Source: Selaginella moellendorffii (Eukaryota > Plantae > Lycopodiophyta). Taken from it: DNA of 64,000 nucleotides. Every line of letters begins with the position of its first letter. Positions within the stretch are counted from its first letter, which is position 1. Below, in pieces: positions 26,480 through 39,499 of the stretch. Made by a program: the position numbers and the translations under genes. Under the pieces are notes generated by a model. The model saw only the letters and a list, made by a program, of their open reading frames with translations, was not told the DNA's origin and made no database searches. The DNA lies in assembly GCF_000143415.4 (NCBI RefSeq), contig NW_003314265.1, forward strand, positions 2,373,181 through 2,437,180. Reading direction: 5' to 3'.

Positions 26480-29400
26480 TGTCGCGAATATGACTTTGGG
26501 TATCGAAAGTTACCTGTTGACTAATCCTTACAGACACTCTTTCCTTACTGCCACGACGGCAAGAGGTTGGTATTGCTGGACCCTTTATCAGCCCCTCTTG
26601 TGCTAGTGAAGTTAACTGGGCATTTCAAATGTACTTAGACCAAACGAGCATAAGGACGGAATTCTTATGTGTTATTAGCTAAGCATACTTAGCCCTGTAA
26701 GGAGTTCCCGTCTCGTTTTGTCTTGCACTGGCTAGTGACAAGAACCCTCGCGTATTGAGATTAGTCCCTCAATATTTTTGGATGATAGCTTACCATGTCT
26801 GCTAAACACCCTCGCTATCATGCCCTTTGTGTTAGTCTCATTTCAGTCCCAAATGCTATTTATGGAAAGTGTCTAGATTTGCTCATTTGGCATATTTACG
26901 GAATGTAGAGATTGTCTTGAACATAATGGTTTTTATCCCGTGTCCAAATTTGCAATTTAGCGCCATTCCATATTTAGTAGGTTTCGAGCTTGTCCTAGAG
27001 ACTAACTCCTGATACTAAGGGAGGCTTGGGGTGAAAGCCCAAAGCATGTGTTCCTCAAGGAAGGGGAGGTGGGGGCGGGGGCGGGGGCGGGGGTTGTGGG
27101 GGGTTTCAAATGTATAGTAGGGATAGTGGGTAAGTCGGGCATGGTTGACCAACCTGAGGCATAATTTAGCTCCCACTTGCGTGTCTGTCTTTGTTCTATA
27201 TCTGGCTTGGGTCTAAGCCCAAGTTCCATTTCATGCTAGCTGGTGGAGTACCCATATCCTTGCGTTAGGCCACCGGTATGCCGAAATAGCGCCAGACGCC
27301 GTTTAGCTCCGTTTTGCGTGCTGGTCTTGGTAGTGGGATGCTGGTTACTCCAAGACTATTCCAAGTCGCTCCGGGCTTTTGTCCTTTCGCTCCTTGGGCT
27401 GTATGCTTGGGAGTTGCTCTGTGGTTTGGTTCCGTCACTCCTTGGCTCCATGCTTGGGAGTTTGGCACCATTCTTTTGTTCAGTGGCCCAAGGCCTTGAA
27501 CCTCGGATTCCGCACCACTGTCCTTTGGACACGTGGCATATGTCATGTGGCATAAAGAGGGTTTAGGTTCCACTTCGTGGTGTTATCCTATGGTAAATCA
27601 CCATAGGATAAATGGTCAAAACCATGTGTGCTACATTTGGTATCAAAGGATGAGTTTCCACGAATATTATCCAATAAGATTGGGCAACTAATCTCGTTGC
27701 ATACGCAAAGATGAAAACGATGATCCAAGTGGGTACACATTTGGGTGCAAAGGCTTCACATTGGTACTTTGAGTATGGATTTGGTTACCTTTTTGTACCC
27801 TAATTGTATGAGCTTGCTCTTGGGCTCATAGGATGGAAAGAGTTGTACTATTTATATGAGTTTGCACTTGGGCTCGTGAGTGAGGTACATTAGCAACTCA
27901 AGGTTATGCTTTGGGTTGGCAGGATTAATGTTAACCTATCGATGGTTCCATGAGTTGTTCTATGTACCATAGGTAAAAACAAACTTCCCTAGGTTTGCTA
28001 TGAGTGTGGTCCATAGCTATTTAGCACGGCACTAGTGGATTGCCATGCTCTCTAATTAACTTTTCTTGGATTGGACTGAAGGCAATATGAACGCAAGCTT
28101 GAGGTTTAGTCAAAGATGAGACCGAAAAAAGAGTTGTCAGAGACAAAGGATCAAACACATAAATCATTTTCTCTTCTTTGAGGGATGATTTGCAACGAGG
28201 TGTTAACTCATTGCTCGTGTTCACATCATGCAATCAAAAGTCCCTATCTTGATGCATGTTGGAAATGATAGTCTTGCAAATAGTGAGTCGTGGGATGGAT
28301 AGCGGTGAAATGTTAAACCACTTTATCTAGGCTTGTTGTTTGAAGACTTGGATTACAATGCTCAATTCTTTTCTAGAGAACCTTGCTATTGCTCCTTGAG
28401 TAGTTTGGTGTTGGATTAGTTTTGAGTTTGGTCAGATAGAAAGCGCTATGAGCTTGTCCGTGTTGTGAAAAAAAGTTAGTGGTGTTAAGTGTTGTAGATT
28501 TCTATTGCTGGAGTTTAGCATTTATGCTGCATTTTGTCAAATTAAGTTGGCACTTGATATTCACATAAACCTTTGAAATAATGACATAAGCATTGCTCGT
28601 GGTGTTGCTTGATTGATGATCAAGACATTGTGATTTCTTATATCATATCCATGTGATAATGAGTAATACGTTTACGAAATCTCTTGGTTAAACAATGATT
28701 AACCCCCAAAGTGGTTGATGGTGAAGCTAGTCTACTTGCACGAAGTAACATTATAGTAGTTTTGACTAGATTCTCAATGGTGGTCTGTTATGCTAAACTT
28801 AAGTTGGTTCCTTGTTTCCTTGAGGGTTTGCCCATAAGGTATTGGAAAGGGTTATAACATTCACTTGCTATGGCTTGTTAGTTTATCCGTTAGCACTTGG
28901 AGTAGATTGTTGGATTGAGAAGATGTGTAGTTAAAGCATTAACATCACTAGCACTTGTGTTAGTGGAAGTGGCATTGTTATTCAAATGATGAGGAATTTT
29001 CCTTAAAGCTTGATTTTCTATGTCATTTTTCTTGTTAATGTTTGGGCTTTGCATTGGATCTTGAAAATGGTTGAAGAAAGTGTTAGTGTAGTGTAGATAT
29101 CCGAAGATGTGGTCTTCGTGATCAAGTCTTAGATGTTCATTTTGCATTTTGTGGATGTCAGTGTTGGATGTCAGAAGTATGGGAAAAAAAAATGTTCAAT
29201 GCTTAAGCATACTATAGGTCATGAGAATTTTATGTTAAGGTGAACCTATGTGAAGTGGTTGAGTCCTGAAAGTTTATATTCCTAGACTGAGAGTCATTCT
29301 TTCTCTAGGATGGAAAATTTTCCACAAATTTTCTTAGGCTTTTCCAATGGCTAATCTATTGATCACTTTGTCCAAAAACCTTTCCATTTTCATAAAGCCA

Positions 29401-32400
29401 ATACAAATTAGTGAAAAGGTTGGAGTTGACTTTGGTTGGCTTAGATCTTAGTAAGTAGTTTGTATGATGCAACTTGAAAGAGGATGCTAACTTTTGGGGC
29501 TAAGGCAATTGAGTTGGATGAAGTCTGGAGTTGGTATATAAAAGTGGTCATTGCGCTTTTCTAAGAAAGGTGACTCTTATGCCTTTCTTCTGTAGCGTTG
29601 TGCTTGGTAGCAGGTTGCACCTTGCATTTTATTTAGACTCTATGAAAATAGTGAGCTCTCACTAATCCTAACTTGGTCTTGGTGGTCTTGTGCCTTGGCT
29701 GAGGATAATGATGTTTAACTTAGTTGTTTGAGTTTGAGATGTTGGTACATGTATTATAGCTTTATCTATGAGGAGGTTGTATACCATCTATCTTATGGTC
29801 TTCACTTTAGTTTCAACCTAACTGAGTGTTGATTATGCATAGCTAGCCTCTTCAAGGCATGCTCAAAGCTAGTGGCTAAATGTATTAGTGAGCTTATTAC
29901 AGTTGAGTTGGATTCGAGTGGTCATTTAGTTCATGCTTGTCCATGAACCTTTATCTTGTACCTGGGGTATTACGTTCATGTTAGACAAGTATATGACTCA
30001 ATAACGTGAGTTTAGTGTTTGGGTCTTGTGAAAGGCAAATTGGAAAGTGATTGTTGGTTGTTTTGCAACTAGTGATTGCTTGTAGATTTTGTCAAAGACT
30101 GTGACACTTACTTCACTTGATGATGATTCAGCAATGATGGGCTTGCTTTACCGGATGGTGTTGCAGAGGATCGTGTCGTTAAACTTACATGGGTTTTCCA
30201 TGTTGGCATGTCAACTCTACTTCTGTTGATATCATTTGGTTGCGTTTAGTTCATGGTGTTGGATTTCATTAAGTCTTGGACGTGGTGAATCACTCCTTGA
30301 TAATGTGTTATCTGTAACTGAGTTTTGCTGAAGGATTAGTCTCAGATACTGAGTTAAGTATCTTCGACCTTGGTTAGCTTAGTTGCTAAGGAGTTTTAAG
30401 TGGTGATTCACTCATGCTTTCTTTTAACTTTGTTATGGTGTTAATGGCATTGAAGTGATGCCTTATCGTTAACATTGTTGATGTTGAGATTCGAGTGAGA
30501 TAAGATGTCTTTCTAGAAGATTGATATTGAGTTTCATTAGTCTCGATGAAAGATAGTGTTGATGATTTGGCTATGGCTTTGTGCTATTGGCATTTCGTGC
30601 ATTGCTAGTTAGCAACTATATTGATGTTCAAACGAACTGAGTGGCAAGTTTGAGTTAGTTGTGTTTTAGACAAAATTATTTAGTAAGGGTTGAGCTTTGG
30701 CTTTTCCTTGAAAAGTGATTTAGTCATGGGCTATATTACCTCTACAAGCGGAAAATATAGTGATCAATATTGAAATGTTTGAATCCTTATAGGATTTGAG
30801 TTGGGATATATTGATCATTGGTGATTCTTCTTGTACTTGCTATAAAATAAGTTATGTCTTGCTATAAATGGATTCATGGAGGATCGTTTGGTGATCACTT
30901 GTTGAGTATAACTTTGTTATGCATAGCTCTATAGGCTTCTTCGAGCTTTTGGTTTTTTGAGTTTTTATACTCATTGTTCCATTTATTAAAAGTAGTTGAG
31001 GAAGGCATTTTGGCTAATTAGCTTCGATGTTGAAGGTGGCTTTTACATCTAGCAATCATTGGTAATGATTGACTATCATCTAAGGATACTTGATTATCTT
31101 TATCAAAAGATTTTTGCTTGATTATTGTTGATATAGAATGATTTGCCATTCTATAGGATGGTAGATTCTTTCTTCAATGATGATTATGCATCTCTTTATT
31201 AATGGGATGATTGATGATCTTTTATAATAGTTAGTGATTCTCTTTGATGGTTTTTGGCTTTTCGCATTACCACATGTTCTTTGTGGTTTGCTTTGGATTG
31301 GTCTCTTGGGTTTGAAACATCACTAGGATGTTGCTGATGCTTGCTTAAGCAACTCTGGTTCCTTGATATTGTTGATATTTAGATTGGCTTCTATGATAGT
31401 TGGCATGAATGGGTGTTTGCTGGTCTTACCGCATTTATTCTGTTCTGTTGATTATTGCTCAGGTTAGTTTTGATAGATTGGGATGTTATTTCTTTTGGGT
31501 AATACATTTGTGAGCATTGTGCTTGTTGATCAATGATACTTTGTGTTCTTTGAGTTATCTTTAGTAAGTTGTTGGCATACTATCTATACTCTTCAGTAGT
31601 TAAGTTTTATCATTGAATTTTCTTGATGATACGTTGACTATTGAATTTTGTTGAATAGTGAATCTTATCTTTTCCAATTACGATGATCTTGGTGATTCTG
31701 CAAGTAGGGGCATATCACACTTTTGTAAGCTAGGTGACACCCAGAGTAGCAAGGGACACTCCATTGGTCATTTCCTTATTGGCGACGGCCAGAAGGTGTC
31801 TGAGTAGGTAGCGCATTCGTGTTAGACAAAGAGGTTACTGTAAGTGACTAATTTTTCCATTTTACTTTAGTCACTTAATTGCACCTCCAACCACTTAGAG
31901 GAGTCTCATTCACAACCTCCATAAGTCCCAATTAGGACTTGGGGCTTGCTAGCCCCGAGAATGGCATCCATGCCACTCAACCTTTGCACTTGGTCCAAGT
32001 GCTCCACGTGTCTAATCTCATGATTGACACCCCAAGGCACCACCAACATATCGGCCCGTTACACTAAAGCCATGCCCATTCACCTTGGTCACACCGGTGG
32101 TCTAACGCCATCTACATCATAGCCCCGTCTCTCAAAAACTGGCCATCCGTCCATGAGTGATCATCCTAGATCTACTCCTTAACGTCCTTAGGATGCCCGC
32201 AGACATGGGGAATAGCCTTCCCCGACAACTCTTTTCCAGTCCCCACCAAGTCCCTTTTTATCCATGGCCGTGTTCGCCAATACTGCCACTAGATCAAGGC
32301 TTGCAGGCCCGACCTCTAAGTCCCACTATACTTTGGGACTTTTTCACCATGTGACCGTATCCTTGGTCCCTGCATTAGAGGACTGCTCCTCTTCCCTTTC

Positions 32401-34710
32401 ACCATTTGGGACTTTGGGACAATAATTTGGAACACCTTGGCCTTACGCAAGCCTCATAGGTACTCTCCCCACCTTTCGCCTTTAGGTGCTCTAGCCATGG
32501 GCTTAGAGCGAGGTTCCGTTGAGCCACACCAAGTATCCAAGTAGGTAGTGCCACCCACACTTGGACTGGGAGCATCGGCCAATTGATCTCCCGGGGGAAC
32601 TAGAGCCGGCTCTTGAACACTTCACCAAGCTACCCCGCTTATCGGTCCGTGTTCACCTAGTCTTGGACTTCCCAGTGGGTAGCTCATCACCCAACACTGG
32701 GTACTGCCTTCCTGGGCTAAACTAGCTCCACTGCAGTCCTCCCCCTTACTATACTTTTGGAGCTCACCAAACCCCCCAGGGTCTAGGAGACGAATGCTTT
32801 GGGCTTTCACTCTCTCAGACTCGGACTCAAACTCAAACTCAAACTCAGACTCAAACTCAAACTCGGACTCGGACTCGGACTCGGACTCAGACTCGGGCTG
32901 GGGCTCGGGCTCGGTCTCAGCCTCGGCCTCGGGCTCGGTCTCGGTCTCGGTCCTGATCTCGGTCTCTTTCTCGGTCCCGGTCTCGGTCTCGGTCTCGGTC
33001 TCGGTCTTGGTCCCGGTCTTGGTCTCGACCTCAGACTCCATCAGGGGTCCTTCTCGGACTCCATCTTGGACTCCATCTCGAACTCCATCTTGGGTCCATC
33101 TCGGACTCCATCTCGGGTCCATCTTGGACTCCATCTCGGACTCCATCTCGGGTCCATCTCAGACTCCAACTTGGGTCCATCTCGGGTCCATCTCGGACAC
33201 TTCCACGTGTCAGGTGTTGGTCCTTTTAGGTCCCTTTTTGGAGCCTCACTTATTGCTCGCTTCATGCTTGTTCCTCGAGCACTTTGTCGGGAGTTTCACT
33301 CCCGCTCTCGACCTTTCAAGTCAGAGCTTTTAGTCCAAACGTGTTACGCTCGTTTGGCTTTCGCTTTGGCCACTACCACATGGCGCCCTTCCAGCTCCAC
33401 TTTGGGGCCTAGGGATTTTGTGCCTCACAGTTACCTCCTAACTCATTTAAGTTGGTGCATTTCTCACATAGTGTGAATACCATGAACTTTTTGTGGAGTT
33501 GTTTTCTTGGCGGTATTCTAGACTCGAGTATGCATCGACAAGGACGTCGATCTTCCCTAGGGGGGGAGAGTGTCGCGAATGTGACTTCAAGTATCGAAAG
33601 TTACTTGTCGACCAGTCCTTACAGACACTCTTTCTTTACTACCACGATGGCAAAAGGTCGGTATTGCTAGACCCTTTATCAGCCCCTCTTGTGCTAGTGG
33701 AGTTAACTGGGCATTTCGAATATACTTAGACCAGGCGAGCATAAGGACGGAATTCCTACGTGTTATTAGCTAAACATACTTAGCCCGGTAAGGAGTTCCT
33801 GTCTCGTCTTGTCTTGCACTGGCTAGTGACAAGAACCTTCGCGTATTGAGATTAGTCCCTCAATATTGTTGGATGATAGCTTACCGTGTCTGCCAAACAC
33901 CCTTACTATCATGCCCTTTGTGTTAGTCTCATTTCGGTCCTAAATGCTATTTATGGAAAGCATCTAGATTTGCTCATTTGGCATATCTACGAAATATAGA
34001 GATTGTCTTGAATACAATGGTGTTTGTCCCGTGTCCAAATTCACAATCTAGCACCATTCCATATTTAGTAAGTTTCGAGCTTGTCCCAGAGCCCAGAGAC
34101 TAACTCCTGATACTAAGGGAGGCTTGGGGTGAAAGCCCAAAGCGTGTGTTCCTCAGGGGGGGGGGGCACTGTGGGAGGTTTCAAATGTATAGTGGGGATA
34201 GTGGGTAGGTCGGGTATGGCCGACCAACCTGAGGCATAATTTAGCTCTCGCTTGCGTGCCTATCCTTGTTCTACATCCGACTTGGGTCTAAGCCCAAGTT
34301 CCATTCCATGCTAGCTGGTGGAGTACCCATATCGTTGCGTTAGGCCACCGGTATGCCGAAATAGCGCCAGACTCCGTTTGGCTCCATTTTGCATGCTGGT
34401 CTTAGTATTGGGATACTGGTTGCTCCAGGACTATTCCAAATCACTCCGGGCTTCTGTCCCTTTGCTCCTTGGGCTGTATGCTTGGGAGTTGCTCCGTGGT
34501 CCAGTTCCATCACTCCTTGGCTCCATGCTTGGGAGTTTGGCACCGTTCCTTTGTTCAGTGGCCCAAGGCCCTGAACCTTGGGTTCTGCACCACTGTCCTT
34601 TGGACACATGGCATATATCATATGGCATAAGGAGGGTTTAAGTTCCGCTTTGTGGTGTTATCCTATGGTAAATCATCATAGGATAAAGGGTCAAAACCAC
34701 ATGCGCTACA
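26480..34710 (+). mobile_element. LTR element B (5' LTR 26480-27635, 3' LTR 33571-34710), perfect TSD AATAG, non-coding T-rich internal region (LARD-like)
   Basis: TGTCGCGAAT...CTACA LTRs. PBS TGGTATCA at 27638 and PPT GGGGGGGAGAG at 33560-33570. Removing B rejoins element C gag in frame (SDVEALVA|IPIVLHDAGLRWW). Confidence 0.93.
31839..33429 (-). mobile_element. Family-A solo LTR (1591 bp), perfect TSD GTTAC, inside element B
   Basis: TGTAAGTGACT...GCCTCACA ends; GTTAC at 31834-31838 and 33430-33434. Confidence 0.93.
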
Positions 34711-37700
34711 AATAGCTACTAAAGCCTCTACATCCGAAGTTCCTCTAGTAGCCAAGAACTTCTTTACATTGGCTAGCCAAATGAGACACTCGTCCACACC
34801 ACCATCACTGGAAAAATGTTGGAATCTTGAGTCAATCTACCAAGGAAGGCTTACTTGGAGCATTACCAGGTCCAGCCTTGAGTGTCTCAACAAGCTCACA
34901 CATGGTATTCATCATGCCATGCATCTCATTTTGCATCTCTTGTTGATTTGATTAAGGGCTTGCAGCTCATGAATAACATTTTGAATGATCCAAATCTCCA
35001 CAACTCTGTCAACACCACCATCAACAATAGGATTCCAGCGTTCAACTTGGTCGGCCATCACAATCAACTCTTGTAATACCAATGTTATAATCCGGTGTAA
35101 AAAGACAGAGATTTAGTTGCCCTAGACTATGCTATGCCACCTCTTAAGGTTCCTCACCATCCAACCACCCCCAAGCTATCTCAAAACCTCCATTATACTA
35201 CCGCTCCACTGTAAGCCCTAGGGTAGGTTAAGTCCCTTACCCTAACATACCTTAATATACCTTTGAGCTTCCCTTTGACCAATGTTGACCACATGGTCAA
35301 AGCTGCCGCATAACATGAAGGAACTAGGTTCCAAAGTTGTGATCTATAACGCAATTTAGGTATAAATTGGTGTACCAGCATGAGGAGTCATGCCAACATT
35401 TTAGATGATACCGTCTATAGATGCATATGTGAAGGTTGGGTTTGAGTTCCAATCCTTTAGTGCTTGGATTCAAATCCCAACTCACTACAGCATGATGATG
35501 ATTGAAATCTAAGGACACTTATTTTTCGGTGGTTATGGATTTTTAGAAAGGAGGTTGGCTTGAGCACATTGCTAAGCAGAGGATGCTTTAAATCATGATG
35601 CACGGTTAAATTGCTTAGTGTGAAAGTTTGGCATATCTAATTTGAACACTCTAGTGCAAATAACACCAAGGACGTGGTGAATGAGATGGGGACATTCAAT
35701 CTCAGTTGCTATGAACTCTTGGCCAGAAAGGTTACATTGGGTGCACTTCCAAGTGTGGGGGATACTCCCAGGGTTATAGTCAACAACTTAAAGGTTTGAA
35801 AGACATAATACCTATTCATAAACCTATTAAGGTGTCAAGGTGAAATCACTAAGTGAGCTTATGGCTAAACAAGGACAAAATCATTGTTATGTTAAGAAAT
35901 AAAGTTCCTGATTTGAACTATTAATAATGATGTGAATTGGTCAAGGTGACCAAAAGGGAAAGACACCTAAGGGAGTTGAGTTATAACTATACAATTGTAC
36001 TGTGACTCCAAGAAAGTAGTCTTGAAAGAAGGACCCATAAGAGGGTCGTAGAGGGTTGTAGATAAAGCCCATAATAGAAAATGTTAAAAAGACTTATTAG
36101 AAGTAAACACCCTCTAGGTTTAGCAAAACAAAGTCTTTGCTATAGAACCAAAAAGATATCTCAAGATTGGAGGTAGTAATCCTATGTTGCTTGGTGCAAT
36201 AATCAAAGGATACGAATAAAAGATTAATGGCCGAAAATGGGTATTGGAAATTCCAAATAATGAATTAGGCAAGGAACCACCATATGGCGGGTGCTAATAG
36301 ATTGTAGGAAGGGAAATTTATTTCTAAGGATGGGATTCCGAAATGCTCTAATTTAGTAGAGGTGAAAGTTCTGAGAAATAGAGTGGTAAAGTAGCCAAAT
36401 GATAGGGCTATAGATAGCTCTAACACGAATTATGGATAAATGGAATTTAGTGCTAAGGGTGACACGAAAGAAAAGAGAGGATGATGGTGCCCTTTAGTAA
36501 AGAACCTTTTATGATGAAGAAGTGGTATTTGCATAACTAATGCAATACAAGATGTCATACACACTTAAGAAATTGACTTAAGATGTCAATATTAAAATTA
36601 TAGAATATGATTGTTATGTTGGTAGAGGCTAAGACTACTCCAGAATAAGTAATAATATTGAGATAGAAAAGGTGTCTTTAACGGGTTTAGCAAAAACTAA
36701 ACGAACAAAGGTAGAGAATTACCACTGATGATTTAATGAGACTTTAAGTTGGAAAGACTATGCTCCTTAGAGGATAAGTAAGGCATGGTGAACTTTCAGT
36801 GTCAAACCCTTGATGAATATTAGCTTTGTGCTAAGGATGAAAATGGTAATCCATGATAGGGATTACTTTATAAAATGGTTAAATGTTCAATGAAGACATC
36901 AAATTTTGTTTATGGGTGGTGGAGTTATGAGACACAAATCTTTATGCCCCAAAGTGGAGCCAAAAGGGTGCCACATGATAGTGGTTGAAGCAGAAGTCTA
37001 ACAAGCGTAACATGTTTAGACCAAAAGCTCTAACTTGGAAAGTCAAGAGCGGAAGTGGAACTTTTAAAAAAGTGTTTGAAGAACAAATATGAAACAATCA
37101 GTGAATGAGTCTCTAGAAAAGTACACAAGAGGGACCGATATATGGCAAATGTCATGACACAGGAAGTGTCAAGACCGAGTTTAAGATGAAGTCCGACATA
37201 GAGTTCGAGAAAGAGTATGAGATAGAGTCCGAGATAGAGTTCGAGATAGAGTCCAAAATGGAGTCTGAGATGGATTCCGAGAAGGAGTCTGAGATGAGGA
37301 CCGAGACCAAGATCGAGACCAAGACTGAAATCTAGACCGAATCCGAATCCGAGTATGAGTCTGAGGGTGATAGCCCAAAGCAATCATCTCCCAGACCTTG
37401 AGGGGTTTGGTGAGCTCCAAAAGTATAGTAAAGGAGGACTTCAATGGAGCCAATTTAGCCAAGAAAGGCTATACTTATGTGGTGGGTGATAATATAACCA
37501 ATGAAGAGTCCAAAGCCTTCCTTGGTCTTGGTCCAAGGCTTCCAAGGGTGACCAAGGAAGGTTCAGTGGAGCCAATTTAGCCAAGACCAAGGAAGGAGTC
37601 CAAGGCCTTCCTTGGTTCAAGGCTTCTAAGGGTGATCAAGGAAGGCTATATTTATGTGGTGGGTGATAATATAATCAATGAGAAGTCCAAAGCTAAAGCA

Positions 37701-39499
37701 AACATGGACAAACAAGTGGGATAATTTGGTGAAGTGTTCAAAAGCTCAACTCTAGCTCCCCCAGGAAATTAAATGGTTAATGCTCCTAATCTAAGTATGG
37801 GTGGCACTACTTACTTGGATACCTAGTGTGGCTTATCAGAACCTTGCTCTAGCCACATGGCTAAAGCATCTAAGAGTAGAAGGTGGGGAGAGTACCCATG
37901 AGACCCACATTGGGCCATGGTGTTTCTAAATGTTATCCCAAAGTCCTGAATTGAGAAAAGGAAGAAGAGCAATCCTTTTACATAGTGACCAAAGGAATGG
38001 TTACAAGGTTATTAGGACTTAGTGGTCAAGCTCTCAAACCCTAATCCAGTGGTGGTGTTAGTGAGCATTGCTGTGGATGGAAAGGGACTTAGTGGGGATT
38101 AAAGAAGGGACATTGAGGAAAAGTGTTCTCTATATCTCTGAGCTTCTTAAGGTCAATAACGTGTGGTCTTAAAATAACCACCTATGGACAGATGGCTCAA
38201 TCTTTAAGAGACAGGACAATGCCATAGGTGGTCTTGAACTACCAATGAGACAAGGGTATATAAACATGGATTTAGCATAATGGGTTGATAGGTTTATAAT
38301 ATCTTTGGGATGTTTATCATGGGATTAGACACATAGAGCACTTGGACTAAGTTCAAAGGCATAGATTTTATTCACGTGCATAGTCCAGAATAAAACTTAT
38401 GGAGGTTATGAGTAAGACTCCTCTAAATGGTAAAAAATATCGTTAAGTGACTAAAGTAAAATGGAAAATTTAGTCACTTACACATTTGTGGCTAATCATG
38501 CCTAATCTTTATTTTATATTTTTTCGACAATCACTATTGAGAGATGAGGGCTATCTTCTAACATTTCTAACTCTAGCTCTCAAACCCTCCATTACAAACT
38601 CAAGCTCTTTCCAATTGCCTTAAGTGTTGGCAATTAACAACTTGCTTAAGAAAATGGCTTAGGCACTCTTCATGTGTTGGATGATGCTGGCTTAAAGAAA
38701 AACAGCTCTAAATGTGCTAGTACATCACAATGATGTAAAGTTGTAGCTATAACTTGTACATGATATGTTAGATTTGGATAACTTTTGCTATTGTCAAAAG
38801 ACATTTGTAGCTGTAGTGGAGTGATGTAAATGCATATCAAGTACCATAGATAGAAAGTGGATGAAATTGCTAAAATCCTAATGCAAGTATCAATTACAAA
38901 GAATGAATAATGGTGTGTAGTGAGAATGTTGTGTGATCTTGGAGTGTGATTTTGTGTGATGAAAGTGATGAATGGTGGGATGAAGTGAAGGTGATGGATT
39001 CTAAAAATAGTTAAGGACTCACTAAGAAACTGTAAGAGCTCACACACAAAAGGAGTTGATACAACCTTGTGGCTAAAATCCAAGCTAGAACCCATGGCCC
39101 AATGTAGCAAAGCCTAAAAATAGAAGGGGAGAGGTGAAAGAATGTGGATAAAAAAAAAACAAAAAGAAAGAAAAAGGAAAGAAATCATTGCATGAATGTT
39201 TTGAGGTGGTAATGATTGTGAGCATGTGTAAACACATGGCCAACCTCATTTGCAAGCACATAGGAACCACCCTCTACCTAGCGCTGGATAAAGGAGGAAT
39301 TAAGCCATTGTGGAGAGAACTTGGAAGGAGTGAATTCCATGAGAAGAATAAGCTGCCCGGGAGAAAAGAGGACTAAACCGAGAATTTTGGAGTCAATGGT
39401 CACCTTAAACTTGTGCTTTGGAACAAGAAGTTTCTCAGCTGATGCCTTGTGCTGCTTATCAAGGGCAAGGATCTCCATGTCATGAGCATGAAGCTTGTT

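Larger units (their letters stand above)
22605..35315 (-). mobile_element. Ty3/gypsy element C with 233-bp LTRs (3' LTR 22605-22837, 5' LTR 35083-35315) and decayed gag-pol
   Basis: LTR pair TGTTAT...TAACA. PBS complement gtaataccaa before 35083 and PPT complement ttcttcccccc after 22837. TSD TAGAG/TGAAG, both derivable from TGGAG. RT (MPFGLMNA, FLDDIFVF), RNase H (CDASGYALG) and integrase (H..H..C..C, KPGGLLQPL) at ~23000-25560. The gag is split by element B. Confidence 0.9.
18330..38482 (+). mobile_element. Full-length family-A LTR element D (5' LTR 18330-19871, 3' LTR 36926-38482), TSD CATTT, ~4.3 kb internal region with no intact ORF
   Basis: CATTT on both flanks. PBS-like TGGTATT at 19875 and PPT gggtggtggagt before 36926. 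The internal region is split by element C. Confidence 0.88.

Noticed and set aside
27243-27573. ~100-aa ORFs repeated at 34318-34641
   Set aside because: They recur only because they lie in the two LTRs of element B, and show no recognisable protein features.
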